A DNA stretch of 61,847 nucleotides, filler included, from Sluysia triapertura (Eukaryota): the NCBI GenBank assembly GCA_046118255.1. It is 5 parts of 5 records of this genome, joined end to end, with 100 filler letters (N's around TTAATTAATTAA, not from the genome) between each part and the next. Parts side by side here need not be neighbours in the genome. Positions count along the whole stretch, not along the records: positions 35,543 to 50,653 come from JBJNIA010238994.1; positions 50,754 to 61,847 come from JBJNIA010188987.1; 3 more parts are not named here. The stretch is one strand, 5' to 3'. A model generated the notes under the pieces. The model saw only the letters and a program-made list of their open reading frames with translations, made no database searches and was not told the DNA's origin. Positions within the stretch are counted from its first letter, which is position 1, and the number at the start of each line of letters is the position of its first letter. Made by a program: the position numbers and the translations under genes. Of this stretch, positions 38,925-53,924 are shown in pieces.

Positions 38925-41900
38925 GTTAGTAAAATGCTTTTATTTAATTAACTCTTAAAAATGCTTATGCGGGGTCTTTTGTACATTTCGGAAAGATTGT
39001 AGTTATATATGCTTTAGAATATTAACTCTTTTGTTTATCAAATTAAAACGTAAATCGCATGTTAAATCGGCTCTAAGAGACTTCGGAATTGTATTAGATG
39101 ATGCTGTAGAACATCGCCTGGGCGAGTAAATCTGCCTAAGAAATGTAGAGGTGTCCACGGAAATATGATTAAAAGGTGTATATGAAGTACACAGAAAATT
39201 GCAGCAAATTGTTACATGATCCATATGTGAAGATTTCTTGTATTAATCATAATAAAGTGTTATTAAATTCATCTTTCTTTGAAAATATATTCATATTTAT
39301 CATGAAACTAATTAAATTAACTGTTTAATTGTTTCCGATTATTTGTTATTGTACATTAACGCACTTAACACATTTCGAGCAAGCACTATTCGGTGACATG
39401 ACAAAATTGCCACCTGGTGATCTGTTTATTTGTATATTTCTTGTTAAAGGTATGCTTTAATTAATTTCTCTTATATTTTTATTAACTTTAGATGCATTTT
39501 ATTATTTTTTTTATGTCATTCACATTAGAAGTAATGTGTTAATTAATCTTTGATCGAAGTCAAAATAATATTTAATAAAATAGTATACTGTAATTTTACA
39601 ATTTATGAGTGCATCTTTTCTTCACTGAAGTTTGCTTCACCGAGATTTAGTAACACTTCTTAATCAATTAATTTAAATATTTTGATTGTAAATTTCTAAA
39701 ATTTATTTATTTCTATTTTTTAAATAGTAAATTTTAGAAAAATTTTGGATGTTTGTTGGAGTAAGTTTTTATTTAATCAAAATTACAAGGTACATTTTCT
39801 AAAAATTCTCTAATTGTTTTTCTAACTCTAAATTCGAAAACATTGATATTAATTTCTAATTTCCACTATAATAAGGACGTTTTTAGTCTTATGAAATTTT
39901 TCTTGAAACAACTTTTACCATATATAATGCTATTTGAATAGTTTCAGTACCAATAAAAATAATGCTCTACCATATTGACAAATAAAGTTATTGTCTTCTA
40001 TTTCACGTTTTATCTTACTGGATCCAAAATATTCAAAAATCTTTGAATGAATGTTTCCCTAAACGCTCGATGAAGAATGATGACTCCTGCATTGGAATCT
40101 TCGAAGCTTGAATTAGCATGCTGATCTTTTTTTATGGGATATCTGTGTGATAAAATATAGTCTACTAAAATATTGCTGGTGTTTTTTTTATATAAAACTT
40201 AAATAAATTAATAGAGTCCGCTTACAATATACGATTTACCAATGGCGTATCTGTAAGTAACGTGAAAGTATGCTTAAAGAATAACGATATAAAAATTACT
40301 TTTTGCTTCAACGTGAACTATAAAAATAGTAGGAAATGATATTAGATAGATATCGTGAGTAACTTATATGCTAAGACACAATGATAGCGGTGACTAACGT
40401 GTTCGTTTATATCTAGGTTTTTTGTTGATAATAGTGTAGAAGATTTACGTGTAAATTTTATCAAAGAAAGTAATTAATTATCCTAAAATATATGTATATT
40501 TTAGTAGAATAATGTTACAGTTAACTTTGTATTATATTGCGTTATTTACCTCAAAAAATGGTCAGATGTCGTTAAATACAAATTCGAGCGATTCAAACGT
40601 TAATATTATAACAAAAACAACAAATATTATATAAAGTGTATTATATAAAACTTAAAAAGGCTACATATACAAATATAACTTATATCAAAATAATAATATG
40701 AACAATAATGATAACAATAATTGATTTTTTAAGAAGAATGGCCTAGCTCAAGGACTTGGTCAAGTTGATGATATTTTGTAATTGGCCTTAATGACCAACT
40801 AAAATAAAATGAATTTAGAATTTAATGCGATTTTGTTATTGATCTTAAGGACCAACAAAAATTGGATAGTTTAAGTAAATTTTTTAACTCTTGCAAGTAT
40901 TTAAATTAAATTTACTGCTTAATCTTTTTTTTAAAAATTTGATAAGAAATTGTTGTCCACTGTGGCCCTACTCAAATATCTCGACAAATATTTTCGAAGG
41001 ATTGAATACAAATATTGTTTATGTGACTACTTTGATTTGATATAACTAATTTTCTTGTGTTAACTAATTTCTTCTCCATCAATATGACATTGTATCATAA
41101 AATTGTGCTTTGTATAAAATTGTGCTTGTGGCTATTTTTCCATATCTTTATATAATTCAGTGGCTACATATTAATAATTTTAGTTCATTTAAAGAAATAT
41201 TTCTAGAATATTCTTTAAATTTTTATTTTTAATTTTAATTCTTTGAATGATAATAATTTTATTAATTTTTTGTAATATTTTTAATTTTTATAATATTTAT
41301 AATTGTTTACCTTTTTACAAAACAATTATAAATAATAAAACATAAATAATTTTATAAAAATATTAATTTACAAATAAAAATATTTATTTGCAACCCTTAC
41401 AATATCGATGAAGAAATTTTTCGCTAACAATAACTTATTAGAAAAGTCAATTATCTCTCTTACAAGGGCGCAAATATGTATCTATTTCGAAAGTATTTTA
41501 AGATATTAAATGTTTGTTTGAACTATTCGGGCCATTAACCAAATAAGTAACTAAAGGTGAATATTTAAATATAAAAATTATTTTTACGAAACTGCTAAAA
41601 TGACCGATTACTAATGATAATAAATCTTACTATAAAAAACAAAATTATTCTTACACAGTTGATGGCCTAATAGTCACATCACCTGGTTTTACTATAGGAA
41701 AAATTAAATTTAAGTGTGCTATTCAAAAATTGATATAAAGTGACGTACGAACCCTCATCGTGGGTTTAAAATTTTAATCTGTTCAGTGTTTTATTTACTC
41801 TACTTCTATGCATATATAAATAGCTACAAAGAATTCATTTAGTCAATATTATGTTAGCAAATATTAATGGTAATATCTCTTAAATGTGGATCTCAATTGA

Positions 41901-44125
41901 TAACGTAATACCAGATTCAACAAACATTTCCATTGATGATGAGTTTATATTTTTAATTTATAATAGGTTTTAATTTTATTTATTTTCATATGTAACAAAT
42001 TCATTCCAAAATTTCATCTGGAATTTCTGGATATCATTGAAAATATCTTATAATGACTGGTACGATGATTATCTGCTTGGCACATCAGATAATATGAGTA
42101 ATACCAAGCAACGATTGCCTCAAGAAATCAAATAGAACAAATATAATTTTATTTTTACTTAAAAAATGAATCTAAAAGCATCGCGAGCAATTCTTGAACA
42201 TATGAAATCAATCTACCTAATCAGACATTGTATTCAGACATGTTTGAATCAATATTCAGAGTTATCAGCATTACTACACATAATTTCCGAGGTATCCACA
42301 ATGAGATTATAAAGATGAAGCACCATCGTCAACTAGTTTTGGCTCACAGAAACTGTTTTATTTTTATTTTCTGCTTTCATGTAAAACTAAATTATTTTTT
42401 ATTTTGTACTTGGTTTTAGTCAAAATTTTTCTTTTAGTTTCGTAAAATATAAAGCTTTATTGATAATATTTTCATTCAAAAATAAGGTAGAAGGCGATAA
42501 AATATAAAATATTTGAACTTAAGTTAAATAATTTTAAAAATGACAAAACNNNNNNNNNNNNNNNNNNNNNNNNNNNNNNNNNNNNNNNNNNNNNNNNNNN
42601 NNNNNNNNNNNNNNNNNNNNNNNNNNNNNNNNNNNNNNNNNNNNNNNNNNNNNNNNNNNNNNNNNNNNNNNNNNNNNNNNNNNNNNNNNNNNNNNNNNNN
42701 NNNNNNNNNNNNNNNNNNNNNNNNNNNNNNNNNNNNNNNNNNNNNNNNNNNNNNNNNNNNNNNNNNNNNNNNNNNNNNNNNNNNNNNNNNNNNNNNNNNN
42801 NNNNNNNNNNNNNNNNNNNNNNNNNNNNNNNNNNNNNNNNNNNNNNNNNNNNCCTATCAATACAATAAATGATGTTAGTAATGAGGATATAGAATTTAAA
42901 ATACAAGCACTAGAAACTAATTAATTTCGTCTTAATGATATATTACTATTTGAGTGAGTTGAAAGTAACAAAATTTGATGATACAAATTTACTTTCCAAG
43001 TGAGATGTATTTACAATCATATGCCTCAAGTATTGTGGAAAATGTTATTTTATCTTTTAATATCTAAATTATATTTATGATACTGGCAATATGATTAGAT
43101 TAAAAAAGATGGAATGCAATGAATTGAAAAATGGAAAACATTTGTTCTATGTGGTTACTTATTGGATTTTTCAAATTATCTAAATTATCGGATATTACAG
43201 AGAAATACATCAAGATTTTTCCTTATATTTGATAAAGGAAATGATTATAAAGTTGTTTGACATGAAAAATTATATCTAAGCTTGATTATAGTTTCATCAA
43301 ACATAATTTATCCTATTTGTTAGACAAAACTTCCATTGTATGATGTACCAAAATGAAAACGCAGATTTTATAAAAATGGAATTTTTGGTGATTCGCGATT
43401 ACAAAAATTTGTTTTTCTTACATTTCGAACTATTGATATAATCAGTGAAATTACCAAAAGTGATGCATCAAGTTTTGCATAGTAATTTCAAATCAATTAG
43501 TATAAATTGAAATACAAACCATCGAGAAAATTATATATTTGATTCTCACGATTTACATTTGGTTGCAGTCAATTATTAGAAACATGGAATATCTTAATAA
43601 GAATATGAACAATGGAGTTGGTATGACATTTCGAAAAATTAAGTCACTAAATGTGAAAAAAGATTAGAAGTACTAGGACAATTTTGATTTATGAAAATAC
43701 ACAATTAGTTTACGTAATAAACAGTGGATTATAATCAACGTGAAATCTCATTGTAATGATGCATTTGATCCATTGGTGTTTTTACCCAAAAAATTCGAAA
43801 TATACTAATTTGTAGTGAACAATTATCTCTTTTGAGCCTGTACTGTAATATTTGTGTAAATAATTTTCTAGTTTTATTCTATTTTTGTTTTAATACAGTT
43901 TTGGAATGTCGAATATCAATTTTGAAATATAAATTTTTACCATGGTTAGTAGCACATTAGTGCAAAAATCAGTTAAACAAATGTTACTATTTTTAGTATC
44001 TTGTTTCATGTAATACTATTGTAATTAGTTGATAAGAAAAGTATTCTGTTGATAAATATATTCACAAAGAAGATGCGATTCATTTTAATCGCAAGTTTTT
44101 ATTTGTATTTTAATGGTAAATTTAG

Positions 44126-44395
44126 ATCATAAATTCTTGCAATAAATTTTTTGTGCCGACATATTATTCGTATACACATAGGTAAGTATTTATTTTTAAT
44201 TTTATTAAATTTTTTAGTGCGAAACAGTCGAAAAGGAAGAAGATTCCTATAAACATGCTAAGCATGTTTGATTCTTTCAAACAATTTAAAAAAGAAAATT
44301 TTCCAGAAGTCCAATTTTTTTGTAAAAGTAAATTTTTAAATTATAAGTAAAAATTTTAATTATATTTAGAATATTTAAAAATGGTCAAAAAATAG
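44126..44395 (+). other. Candidate 3' end of an unrecognised spliced gene with very short introns (44182-44217, 44328-44369)
   Basis: GTAAGT...TTTAG and GTAAAT...TTTAG introns. The joined exons are open: IINSCNKFFVPTYYSYTHSAKQSKRKKIPINMLSMFDSFKQFKKENFPEVQFFCKKYLKMVKK*. Confidence 0.35.
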
Positions 44396-47378
44396 TGATG
44401 ATGGTATTAATAATAATGGGACAACAATTCAATGATAGAAGTACATAGTATAATCTAATATAATATCTTTTATGTGTACGTGACCTAAAAAATATTAACC
44501 AAAATATAAGTTATAAGTTTTGAGAATATAAAATTCGTTCTATTTTCTAGTAGATGAAATAAAAAGTCAATTAGATAATATAAAATTCAAGCAGGAAGTA
44601 GGGTCAAGTTTTCTAAGGATAGATAAATTAAGATATAGTTCATTAGTGAACCAATTAAATTAATGAAAAATGTGAAATTATCCCAGAGTTAAGTAGGCCA
44701 AATTTTAGAGGTACATTTTATAATATAAAAATGTCCAGATCTAACTTACTAAAACGTCAAATAGGTTTATTGATGCCTATAGCGTTAATAATATTCAAAA
44801 TCATAATAATTTATTTTTTTGTATTCAGTATTATCTATTTTGAAGTAAGATAAAATTTAAATTACATCATACATTGGCGCATCTTATAAATGTATATATA
44901 AAATTAGGTGCAATCTATAAGATAGTTAAGTTTAATCAAAGGTGCATTAAAAAAAATAAATTGCTTGTAATTCAAATAAACGTAGTCAAGCAAAAACAAA
45001 ATTTCAGAAAAATTTATAAATGTTTAATAATTAACCTTATGAAAATCCGAACTAAGTAAATTAGTCATGCATACGATTAAAATTGCTGATGAAGTAGTTT
45101 GTTTTCAATTGGAATATGAAAACATGCAAAAATATCATAGGTAATTTAATTGTAAGATTGAAATTAATGTGGTATTACTGATTTAAATGTATTATTAAAT
45201 CAAATAGTTAAAGATACTTCAAATCATGTTGAAAATCATCCAAAATTTCAAGATATAATAGGTAAATGTAAAGACTAAAGTCAGAGTAAAGTAAAATAAA
45301 CTGAATGGATATTTTTGAAACAAAAATTTTATTTATTACTTTCTAGTTTGCTGAATATATTAAAGTAAAAGGTTCCAAATTAAGTCACCAAAATACAAAT
45401 ATTACGAAAATCAAGTCCGGAAAAGTAGTTTTGTCCAATTTTGACAACGCACGACACTGGCTATTTCATTGATAATAATATTGATGAAATTTTTTTGTTC
45501 TTATTTTGCAGATTCTTATAAATTCATATAATGTGCTTTTGTCTTGCCATTTAATCTTAATAAATTTGTGTATAGACTATATATTTTTATTATTACTACA
45601 GCTTTTGCGTGAATTTAAGAAATTTTACAATTTGAGGACATGAAGATAGTTGTCTATTATTCTTAATTATAGATTTAAATAGGTTTTGTGATAGTAATAT
45701 TTGAAATTAGATAATTACAACATTATTGTAAAATTAGGTTAGTATTGTTTGTATATTTGATTTCTTCGGAGGTTCATAATATTCAAATGATAAATAGGCT
45801 GGCGTAATCATGGTTAATATTGTTTAAAGATATAAATATTTCTTTGGACTGTCTTACAATTCTTAAACAATGTTATCGTCGTATTATTAGATTGACTATA
45901 TATATTATCGCAATAATCTTAACAGGCATAACAGTGGTGGGATTATACATCATATTTTGAGGGATGCAAATGAATTCGGTTCGAGAAAATGTATAGATTT
46001 TTCATTTTTTTTTATTTCAATTTATTATTAATCGTATTTTTGATTGGCTATTAAAAGCTGGCTTAAGGCCCGGCAAACATGTATGTGAAATTTATTCGAT
46101 CAATTAACTTAACCAATAAAGCAAAACAATGTAAAAAAACACGAATAACAAATCGTAAATTGCCATATTTTAACACGTAGTTATACATTGTATTCAGAAT
46201 GTTCTTTTTTGTTTTCATAAATTATGTTATTGTTTTTTGTACTGTGTATTACAACCAAACATGTGTGGATGCATAAACCGAATATTTCTTGGTCAGAACC
46301 GTCATATCAATAATATTCGATATTGATTTATATATAATAAAGTATATGCCTGATATTTTCTAAATCACATAAACAGAATCGTTAATTTAAAGGTCTTTTA
46401 AAATCATTAAGTCGTATTACTTTTACCTCAACAATATTAATATTTAGAAAAATAAAAACCAGAATTTAATATTAATAAAATAATATAGTAATGGTATGTG
46501 GGTTTTGCAGAATATGGATTTTGCGCTATTGTAGCTAATGTACCTGTAACATCAAGGACGTTTTTCAATATTCCATCACTTTGTCATCGTAACATATTGA
46601 ATGAATATCGCTGAACCATTTGTGAATATCTGATTTTATTACTTAATAAAAAATTAGTAATTGTGGCTCTGCACAGTAAAAAATATTAGTAATTAAAATA
46701 GTACTCTCGTAATTGGCAATAATTATAATAATGTTTGTTTTTGGACAATTTCCATCGATATAAAGAATCATATAACAACGTATGTTGAAAGATAAAGTAT
46801 ACAAATAATGACTCGGCAGATAAATAATATGCTTGTTAGTCAAATATGAATTGAACATTGCCGTCAATATAAACAAGATAATTAACATAATAAAATTACC
46901 CATATGTAAACATGGTTAAATAATATTAACATCAAATTTTTTAATTTATTCAGTTTAGGTGTTCTTGAACTATGTTTGTTAACAATTGGTTTTTTATAAT
47001 ATTGCTTTTTAAAAAATAAGCCATGATTTAAAGAAGTACAATGCCAGTGAAAATTTCATATTAATTTAAATTGCAGCTCACTATGTTCCTGGATCAATAC
47101 CAAAATTAATGATTATAAATTATAATAAATTAAAGATAATTACAAGAGCTTTCATTTAATACTAAAACAATGATAATTTTTTGGACAAAAGAAAAGGATT
47201 AAGAATTAGAAAAACAGTCAAATGGTATAAAAAAACTTTTCGACATTCAGTAAATATATCACTTATGGAAATCAAGAAAGAACTAATTAGAAAAGTTTGG
47301 CAGCCAAAGAGAAATATTGAGAGGAAGATCCTCTGAACTTGCAGAGCTTCGAAATTTAGTTTTGTCAAAATGAAATTG

Positions 47379-47520
47379 TAGGGAAATCATATAAAATTCA
47401 TCACACTTCATCACATAAAAACATTACTTACACAGAACATTAAACAAACAACTTGACTCATTCAAAAAACAAACATAATCATTGTACATAATTATCATGA
47501 ACTATACCTACTGTTATTAT
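47379..47520 (+). repeat. TGTAGGGA-starting A/C-rich repeat (LTR-like)
   Basis: Aligns with the reverse complement of about 58095-58233 (cacttcatcacataa..acatt...cacagaacattaaa.aaac.actt.actcatt). The same start occurs at 35337. Confidence 0.65.
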
Positions 47521-50199
47521 AATTCCAGTCGTATTAAAATGCATAATAATTATTAGGATTATTGTCGTATAATATAATTGCCACGATTATCACATAATAA
47601 CTTTCATATTAACATCAACAATACCATTATTTTAAAACATAACAATCACGTTATTGTTATAATTATTACTTCTTTTATCCTTAATATCAACCTTTCTTAT
47701 TCTTTTGTTTTTCCGAACATGTACATATGTATGTATAAATTTATGTTTGTGTGTATCTGATAAGGTATGTCATTTATGTGCAGCTGTATTTGAGAAGACT
47801 TTAAATAATAAATGCTGAAGAATGAAAATGTGGACTACAGTTGGACCATGAACATTATTTAAATACTGCGATGTCGTAATTTGTGAGTACTTTGTTCTTT
47901 TAAAACAAAGTTATTTCTCTAATACAATGAAAGTGAAATCATTATGTGATAATTGTCCAATTTGTTTATACTGGCGAGACTGGAAAGCACTAATATGCAC
48001 CTAAAACCTCAACATCAAGCATCTAGTCCTATGAATATGATTTCAACGTATATGATGGACAAAAAAGGAAAATAAATATGAGTATGAATTATTCTTAGGA
48101 CAGAGGCTTTTGAAATGCCGCATCGATAAGTTGATACAATAATTCAAATATTTGTTAAACAATAGAAAAATGTAGCGGATTTAAAAATAATTACTTCAAA
48201 CAAAACACCAAAACATTAAATAATTACGAATTAAACACTTAGTATCATCCTCGAAAATAGTATGGTTGAATAATTTAATAAAAGTTTAACTGAAGTGCTT
48301 CAAACCATTGGCAACTAGAAGCAAAATAATTAGAATCTATATCATCCATCATGTTTATACTAAGAGAAAATTAAATATAAAACTTGGATTCGTACCCTTT
48401 TTTAATGTATTTAAGAAAAAGATATGAAAATTATTCTAGAATTAAATGACTCACAAAGACCAACTTGTGAACAGAATTAAAACACCGATTAGTAAATGCT
48501 TGGAACACTGCAGGATTAAAAGTTCTTCAAATACTAAAAAAACTAAAACATCTCATTACTTTAAAGGAGATTTTGTTTTGATTTCAGATTCTGTAAATAT
48601 CACAAAATGAATTTATGAAAACAAATGATTCAAATCTTCAAATGAAACCATTTTATTCATATCTGAAATTATAAAAAATTAAATAATAATTAATAAAATC
48701 TGCAGTATTGATTTTTTTTAAAAGGTTTTCTTATTTACTCTTGCAATAAATGCAAAATCACAAAATGATTTCAGTATGTTGAGGAAAGAATCATTTAATG
48801 TTCTTAATTTCGCTTCGCATATCGTTGATAAATTATACAATCAAATTACATCTAAATACAATGTTAATAATGTAAAGTTGGTTCTCAAAATTATAATTCT
48901 GACCAGTTTTACAGTTTATTTGACAAATGGGAAATGTGTAGCAGACGATAACTTCAACTTAATTCTAAGATTTATATTTTATAATTATGTACTTGTTCAT
49001 TCATGTTATCATGAATACAAGCGAAATAATCAAAATCAGACATTTAATAGTACTTCATTGTGTTATTCCTCATGTTCACATGATTAAGAAAACAATATGA
49101 TTAAATTATATACGAAATGAAATTTTATAATGTGACTATTACGACATGACTATTATTTTTTCTAAAGATTTCTCCGGAGAATACAAACAAGTATCTGCCA
49201 AATTCTCATCCACTAAATCTGTATTAATTAAATCATTGCTCATCAATTTTTTTTGATCTTTCTCGGTTATTTTCCTGAACTAATAATCGCAGCAGCATTT
49301 AAACTTGCTACTCGTATTTCTTGGAATATTGGTTCAACTTTCTCAGTCAATATACTTTCATTTTCGCCCTTTCGTGAACATATTTTGGATTTTCATTGGT
49401 TTTAGTCTTCTTGTAATTTGATATTTCTTTTTGGAATTGGTTTAATATCTTTTAGGCGTGGTTGTTCAGAATTTGATCCATAAGAATCATTATTTTTAGT
49501 ATTAAGAAATTCCTTTTAAAAATCTTGTCTTCATTGTTATGTTAAAACGAAAGTAATGCGCGAAGTTAAGTTAAACATGATAAATTGTGATTGTAAACCC
49601 TTTAATTGTTAAAATGTGTAATATTATAAAAATTATGTTTGGGTTTTATGTATATTTGTTGATTTGATAGTTTGTGTTAGATTGCGTTGAAATTTGTTTA
49701 AGATTTTATTTATAAGGAATATGTTGGATTGTGTAGATGTTTGCTCATGATTTTGCTTACGATTAGTATATTTTTGTCTTGAGCTCACCACAAAATTCTT
49801 ATATAAATTATATAAATACAGTTGGCTTTCAGATTAAGTAACATCAGATCATAACATATTGTGGCTCAATTTTATGACTATTAGTTAATAAATATAATTA
49901 AGCCCCAACAAATTTTGTAAACTTAGAAGTATACAGTTCAGTAGCCGACATTAAATAATGCTTTCATTTCAACCAATCACTACTCACTAAAAAATCCATT
50001 TCTGTTTTACTAACAGTTGCTCTATTGCTTGAGATAACTAAACCACATAAGATAGCCTAGTGTAAGCATAAATTTCTTAAAATCATTACAAAGAATACAG
50101 ATGTCTAAATTGTTTAATTTTAAATTTATATCAATATAGCCTTAACAAACCAAAGAATCAACACCTGATTGGTATGTTACAAATTCTGCTATACCAGTT

Positions 50200-50420
50200 C
50201 GTTACCAATATCGCAACTTCGAAATTTGGACATCAGTTGTATATTTACAGAATCTGATATATATTTTAAATTAATGCTTTCATTAAAAATTTCAAACTCG
50301 ACAGGTGATCTTTGGCTTTTGTTAAGTGAAAAAAATGAAACTCGAATTGAGAAAAAACGGTAATTTACACAATGTCTTAATTCATTGGATGATAAAACTG
50401 TTGATATTAAAACACCACCA
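50200..50420 (+). mobile_element. Possible hAT dimerization-domain remnant
   Basis: 'CIFTESDIYFKLMLSLKISNSTGD...KNETR...CLNSL' resembles 'FPN.....I.L.LP.SNASGERSFS...KN.LR....RLNSL'. Confidence 0.4.
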
Positions 50421-50653
50421 TTACTATTTATCAAAAAAAGATTTTTATAATTTTGTATTAATACATTTGAAGTGTTGTTTTATTATTCTGACATATAATA
50501 AAATGAGGGAATAACATGTTCTCTGTTTGTTTAGTTTCAAATGTTGGCGAGATTATATGTACTTTTTAATCTTCGGAAAATATACTACAGAATTAATTCC
50601 ATATAAATATAGTGGTTGTTACAAATGGTCAATGTTTCTGCTTTTATTATTCA

Positions 50654-50753
50654 NNNNNNNNNNNNNNNNNNNNNNNNNNNNNNNNNNNNNNNNNNNNTTA
50701 ATTAATTAANNNNNNNNNNNNNNNNNNNNNNNNNNNNNNNNNNNNNNNNNNNN
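50654..50753. other. Artificial 100-bp contig spacer
   Basis: 44N + TTAATTAATTAA + 44N. Confidence 0.97.
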
Positions 50754-53529
50754 TAATATCCAGAATTGAAGAAATTTAACTTTTCTTATTACATTACTTG
50801 CGTTAGTTTATTTTTATAAGGAATTGATATCACTAAGATATCTCGCAAAATCTTAAATTTTATTTGTAATTAATTTGGATTTTATAATAGATCCATCGAA
50901 AAGTCATCTTTAAAATTAGTGTGAAAGTGAAGAATTGATTAATTCTGCCGTAACATTGTATATTTTGTCATTATATAGTTTTATTTTTATATACATAAAT
51001 TTTTCTTAATAAACCTTCAAGTCAAATTCATTGTTTCTCGATTTATAATAACTTTTATAGTTTCAACTATAAAATCACCACTTAAATAGGTTTGTTAGAA
51101 TATAATTCTAACGGCGTAAACTAATTATTCCGATCCTGTTTCAAAGGATCGTCGAAAAATCATACTTAAAACTATTGAGTAAATTTTATAGACAGATACT
51201 ATTGAGTCAATTTTATAGACAGATACAAATACCTTTAAAATACCTGGCATAACCGTAGGATTTTCTAAATTTTGTTAACCTCCAATACTTTCACTCCACA
51301 AATCCAACGGCTGGCCCTAGCTGATAAGTCTAGTACGTTGGTGAACTCAAAATTTTAATTTAACTTTTATTCTACCTTTCTCACATAAGTAATTATGGAA
51401 ATTAAAGACTTTTAAATCATCAAACAAATTTAAAATTCGTGAAAATGTGATTAAAACGGAATAGAGCAAAATAGGCTTCAAAATTAAACCAAGCTTCAAA
51501 GGTCCACAACTTCAGAATCAATAGATATTTTTAATGATGTTCTTAATTGTATAGAATAATTTCAAAACTGGAGAAAATAATATAATATTTACAGAATAAT
51601 ACGGAAATGATGTCAAAATAATTCGATTAGCTATTGGAATACATAAGGGATTCAAAGTAAGGTTAATCTATCGTACATATTTTACCACCTCTTCACATAA
51701 ATTGAGCTAATTCAAAAATTTTGTTTAAAAAATCCTATTTTATAAACATTTTTCAAATATTCTATAATTATTTTTATTATTACTAATCCAATAATTAAAT
51801 TGTTTTTATTCTAAAATTAACACAATTAAAAGCAAAAAAGTTAATAAAAATAAGAATACTAAATAATGAATAAAATATAAAGAAAAAGATATTAAATGTT
51901 AAAGTCAATAAAAAAGACGACGAATGAAGTCAATATTAACAAAAATTATTTCTATTGAATTAAAATAAATCAAAATTGTAATATATTACATTTTTTGTCT
52001 ATTTATTATTATTTATTTTAACTTCAAAATCTCATTTTAAAAAATAGTTTATTTTTTCATTTTATATTCTTCGAAAAACTAAATCTACTGTTTTTTGTTT
52101 AATCGAATTAAATTCATTATCTTCGGAAAATTGTTTTTAAAAATAGTAACGTATTACTGTTTTACTTTTATTGCTAATTATTATTTTTAATTTTAAATAT
52201 AATTAATAATTTCATTATTAATAATTATGAAAAAATAGTAATAACTTTTTGTAATTTATCTTATGGTTTTTCATCAGTTTATATAATTTTTTAATAACTA
52301 CATCGATAAATACATTTGAGTTCTGGTTGTTTCCGTAAAGGCAAATAATAATTATTATTGTCATAATAATTAATCGAAATAAGTGTTTATCTACTTAAAC
52401 AAACAATGCGAGTATTACGGCAACATCAAATATTATTTGATTATTATATTAGCGACAATTTTATATATAATATTGGCTTAAATCATAAAAAAGATATTAC
52501 TTTTATTGTCGTATTATAACGTAAATAAACGCTTTATTTACAAACAAGTGAATAAGATTTGTTTTTTACATCTTTATTTTTTCAGATTAATTTTAATGAG
52601 TTTGGTGTATTTTCAAATGGTTAAAACATAGCACTTTTGATACCATTTGTACTGTTTTTTTTCTTGTTTTTGTGTTATAAAAAAAGAAAGAACGATTTTG
52701 CGAAAATACAAGCCAAACAGATGAATTGTGATAAAAAAAACCTGTGGTGAAACATCTTCGATAAATAAAAATGCACCAAGTACTAAGAAGAACAATACAT
52801 TGGCAATATAACTTACATGATGTGATATTGAGGGTTTCTTTAAGTCAGTTGCGCTAGATTTCTATCTAAGAAATCAGAAAACGTTTTAAGTGATGCTATT
52901 TTTATATATTATTTTATTTCAATGTAAATACTACAATCATTACATGTATAATCAGCATCATCAAGCATTATTTCGAATTCATATCAATTCATTTTAACAC
53001 GCATAGAAATTCTATTTTAATAATAGTAATGATAACTTAAAACTGATGTTTTTAATGATTTATTTAGGAGGATTTTTATATATGTATGCATGTATGTATT
53101 GTAAAGCCTCTTTTATTTCACCACCTACCATTTCTCCACCCATACTTATGAAAAATTTTAGAGATCTCGGTGCTTTGGAGGAGCTAAACGTTGAAAAGGA
53201 CCCGAAAAGATGCCAGTTTGTAACTCTGGTCCAGAATGAAGTTATTATGGAATCTGACATTCTCGATGAATAAAAAATTATTGATACTTGGTTTATGTCT
53301 TTATTGAAGGAAAATAACTTTTTAAGAAAACTTCTAGCATTTACCAACTATCAAAAATTTATGAAGAAATGAGTATTTTCAAAGGGGAAATAAAATAAGT
53401 TTTACAGTATATAAAATATGTATAATTATTAATTATTTTAATTGTTGTCAACTCAAAATTTAAACACTCTAGTCATAAATGCAATCGAGAACAAACATCA
53501 ACACAATAAAAAGTGAATTTTATTTTTAT

Positions 53530-53600
53530 GCGCTTTTGAGTACTTACTTTGCAGTAGATATGAGCGCAATATAAATTAATATATTATTATTATTGTTATT
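53530..53600 (+). mobile_element. L2-type 3' tail, second copy
   Basis: Near-identical to 35565-35630. Confidence 0.7.
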
Positions 53601-53924
53601 TTTATTTTTATTATAAATATTATTTAAGAAAATATTATTATTAATCTTTATCTACGCCATAAGTAAGAAAGTAATTTATAATTAATGTAATTTTAAATAA
53701 TTATGTATTTAATTATAATACTTTACACTAATATCAAATAAGAAAAAAAGTATTGCATACGTGTTAAAATGTTTTTTATCATTAATTTTTCTTGTGAAAT
53801 TACATACACATAAAGATGTACTGTTTATTTTCTTCATTTATCACAAATTAAAAATTAATTATTAAATTTAATTATTTAATGATATAATTATGTCTTTCTT
53901 TGGTTTTCTTAATATTTGCTACTC

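Noticed and set aside
42472-42906. ORFs of 108-144 aa in the ORF track
   Set aside because: Made almost entirely of N-gap codons. The same applies to 37675-37899.
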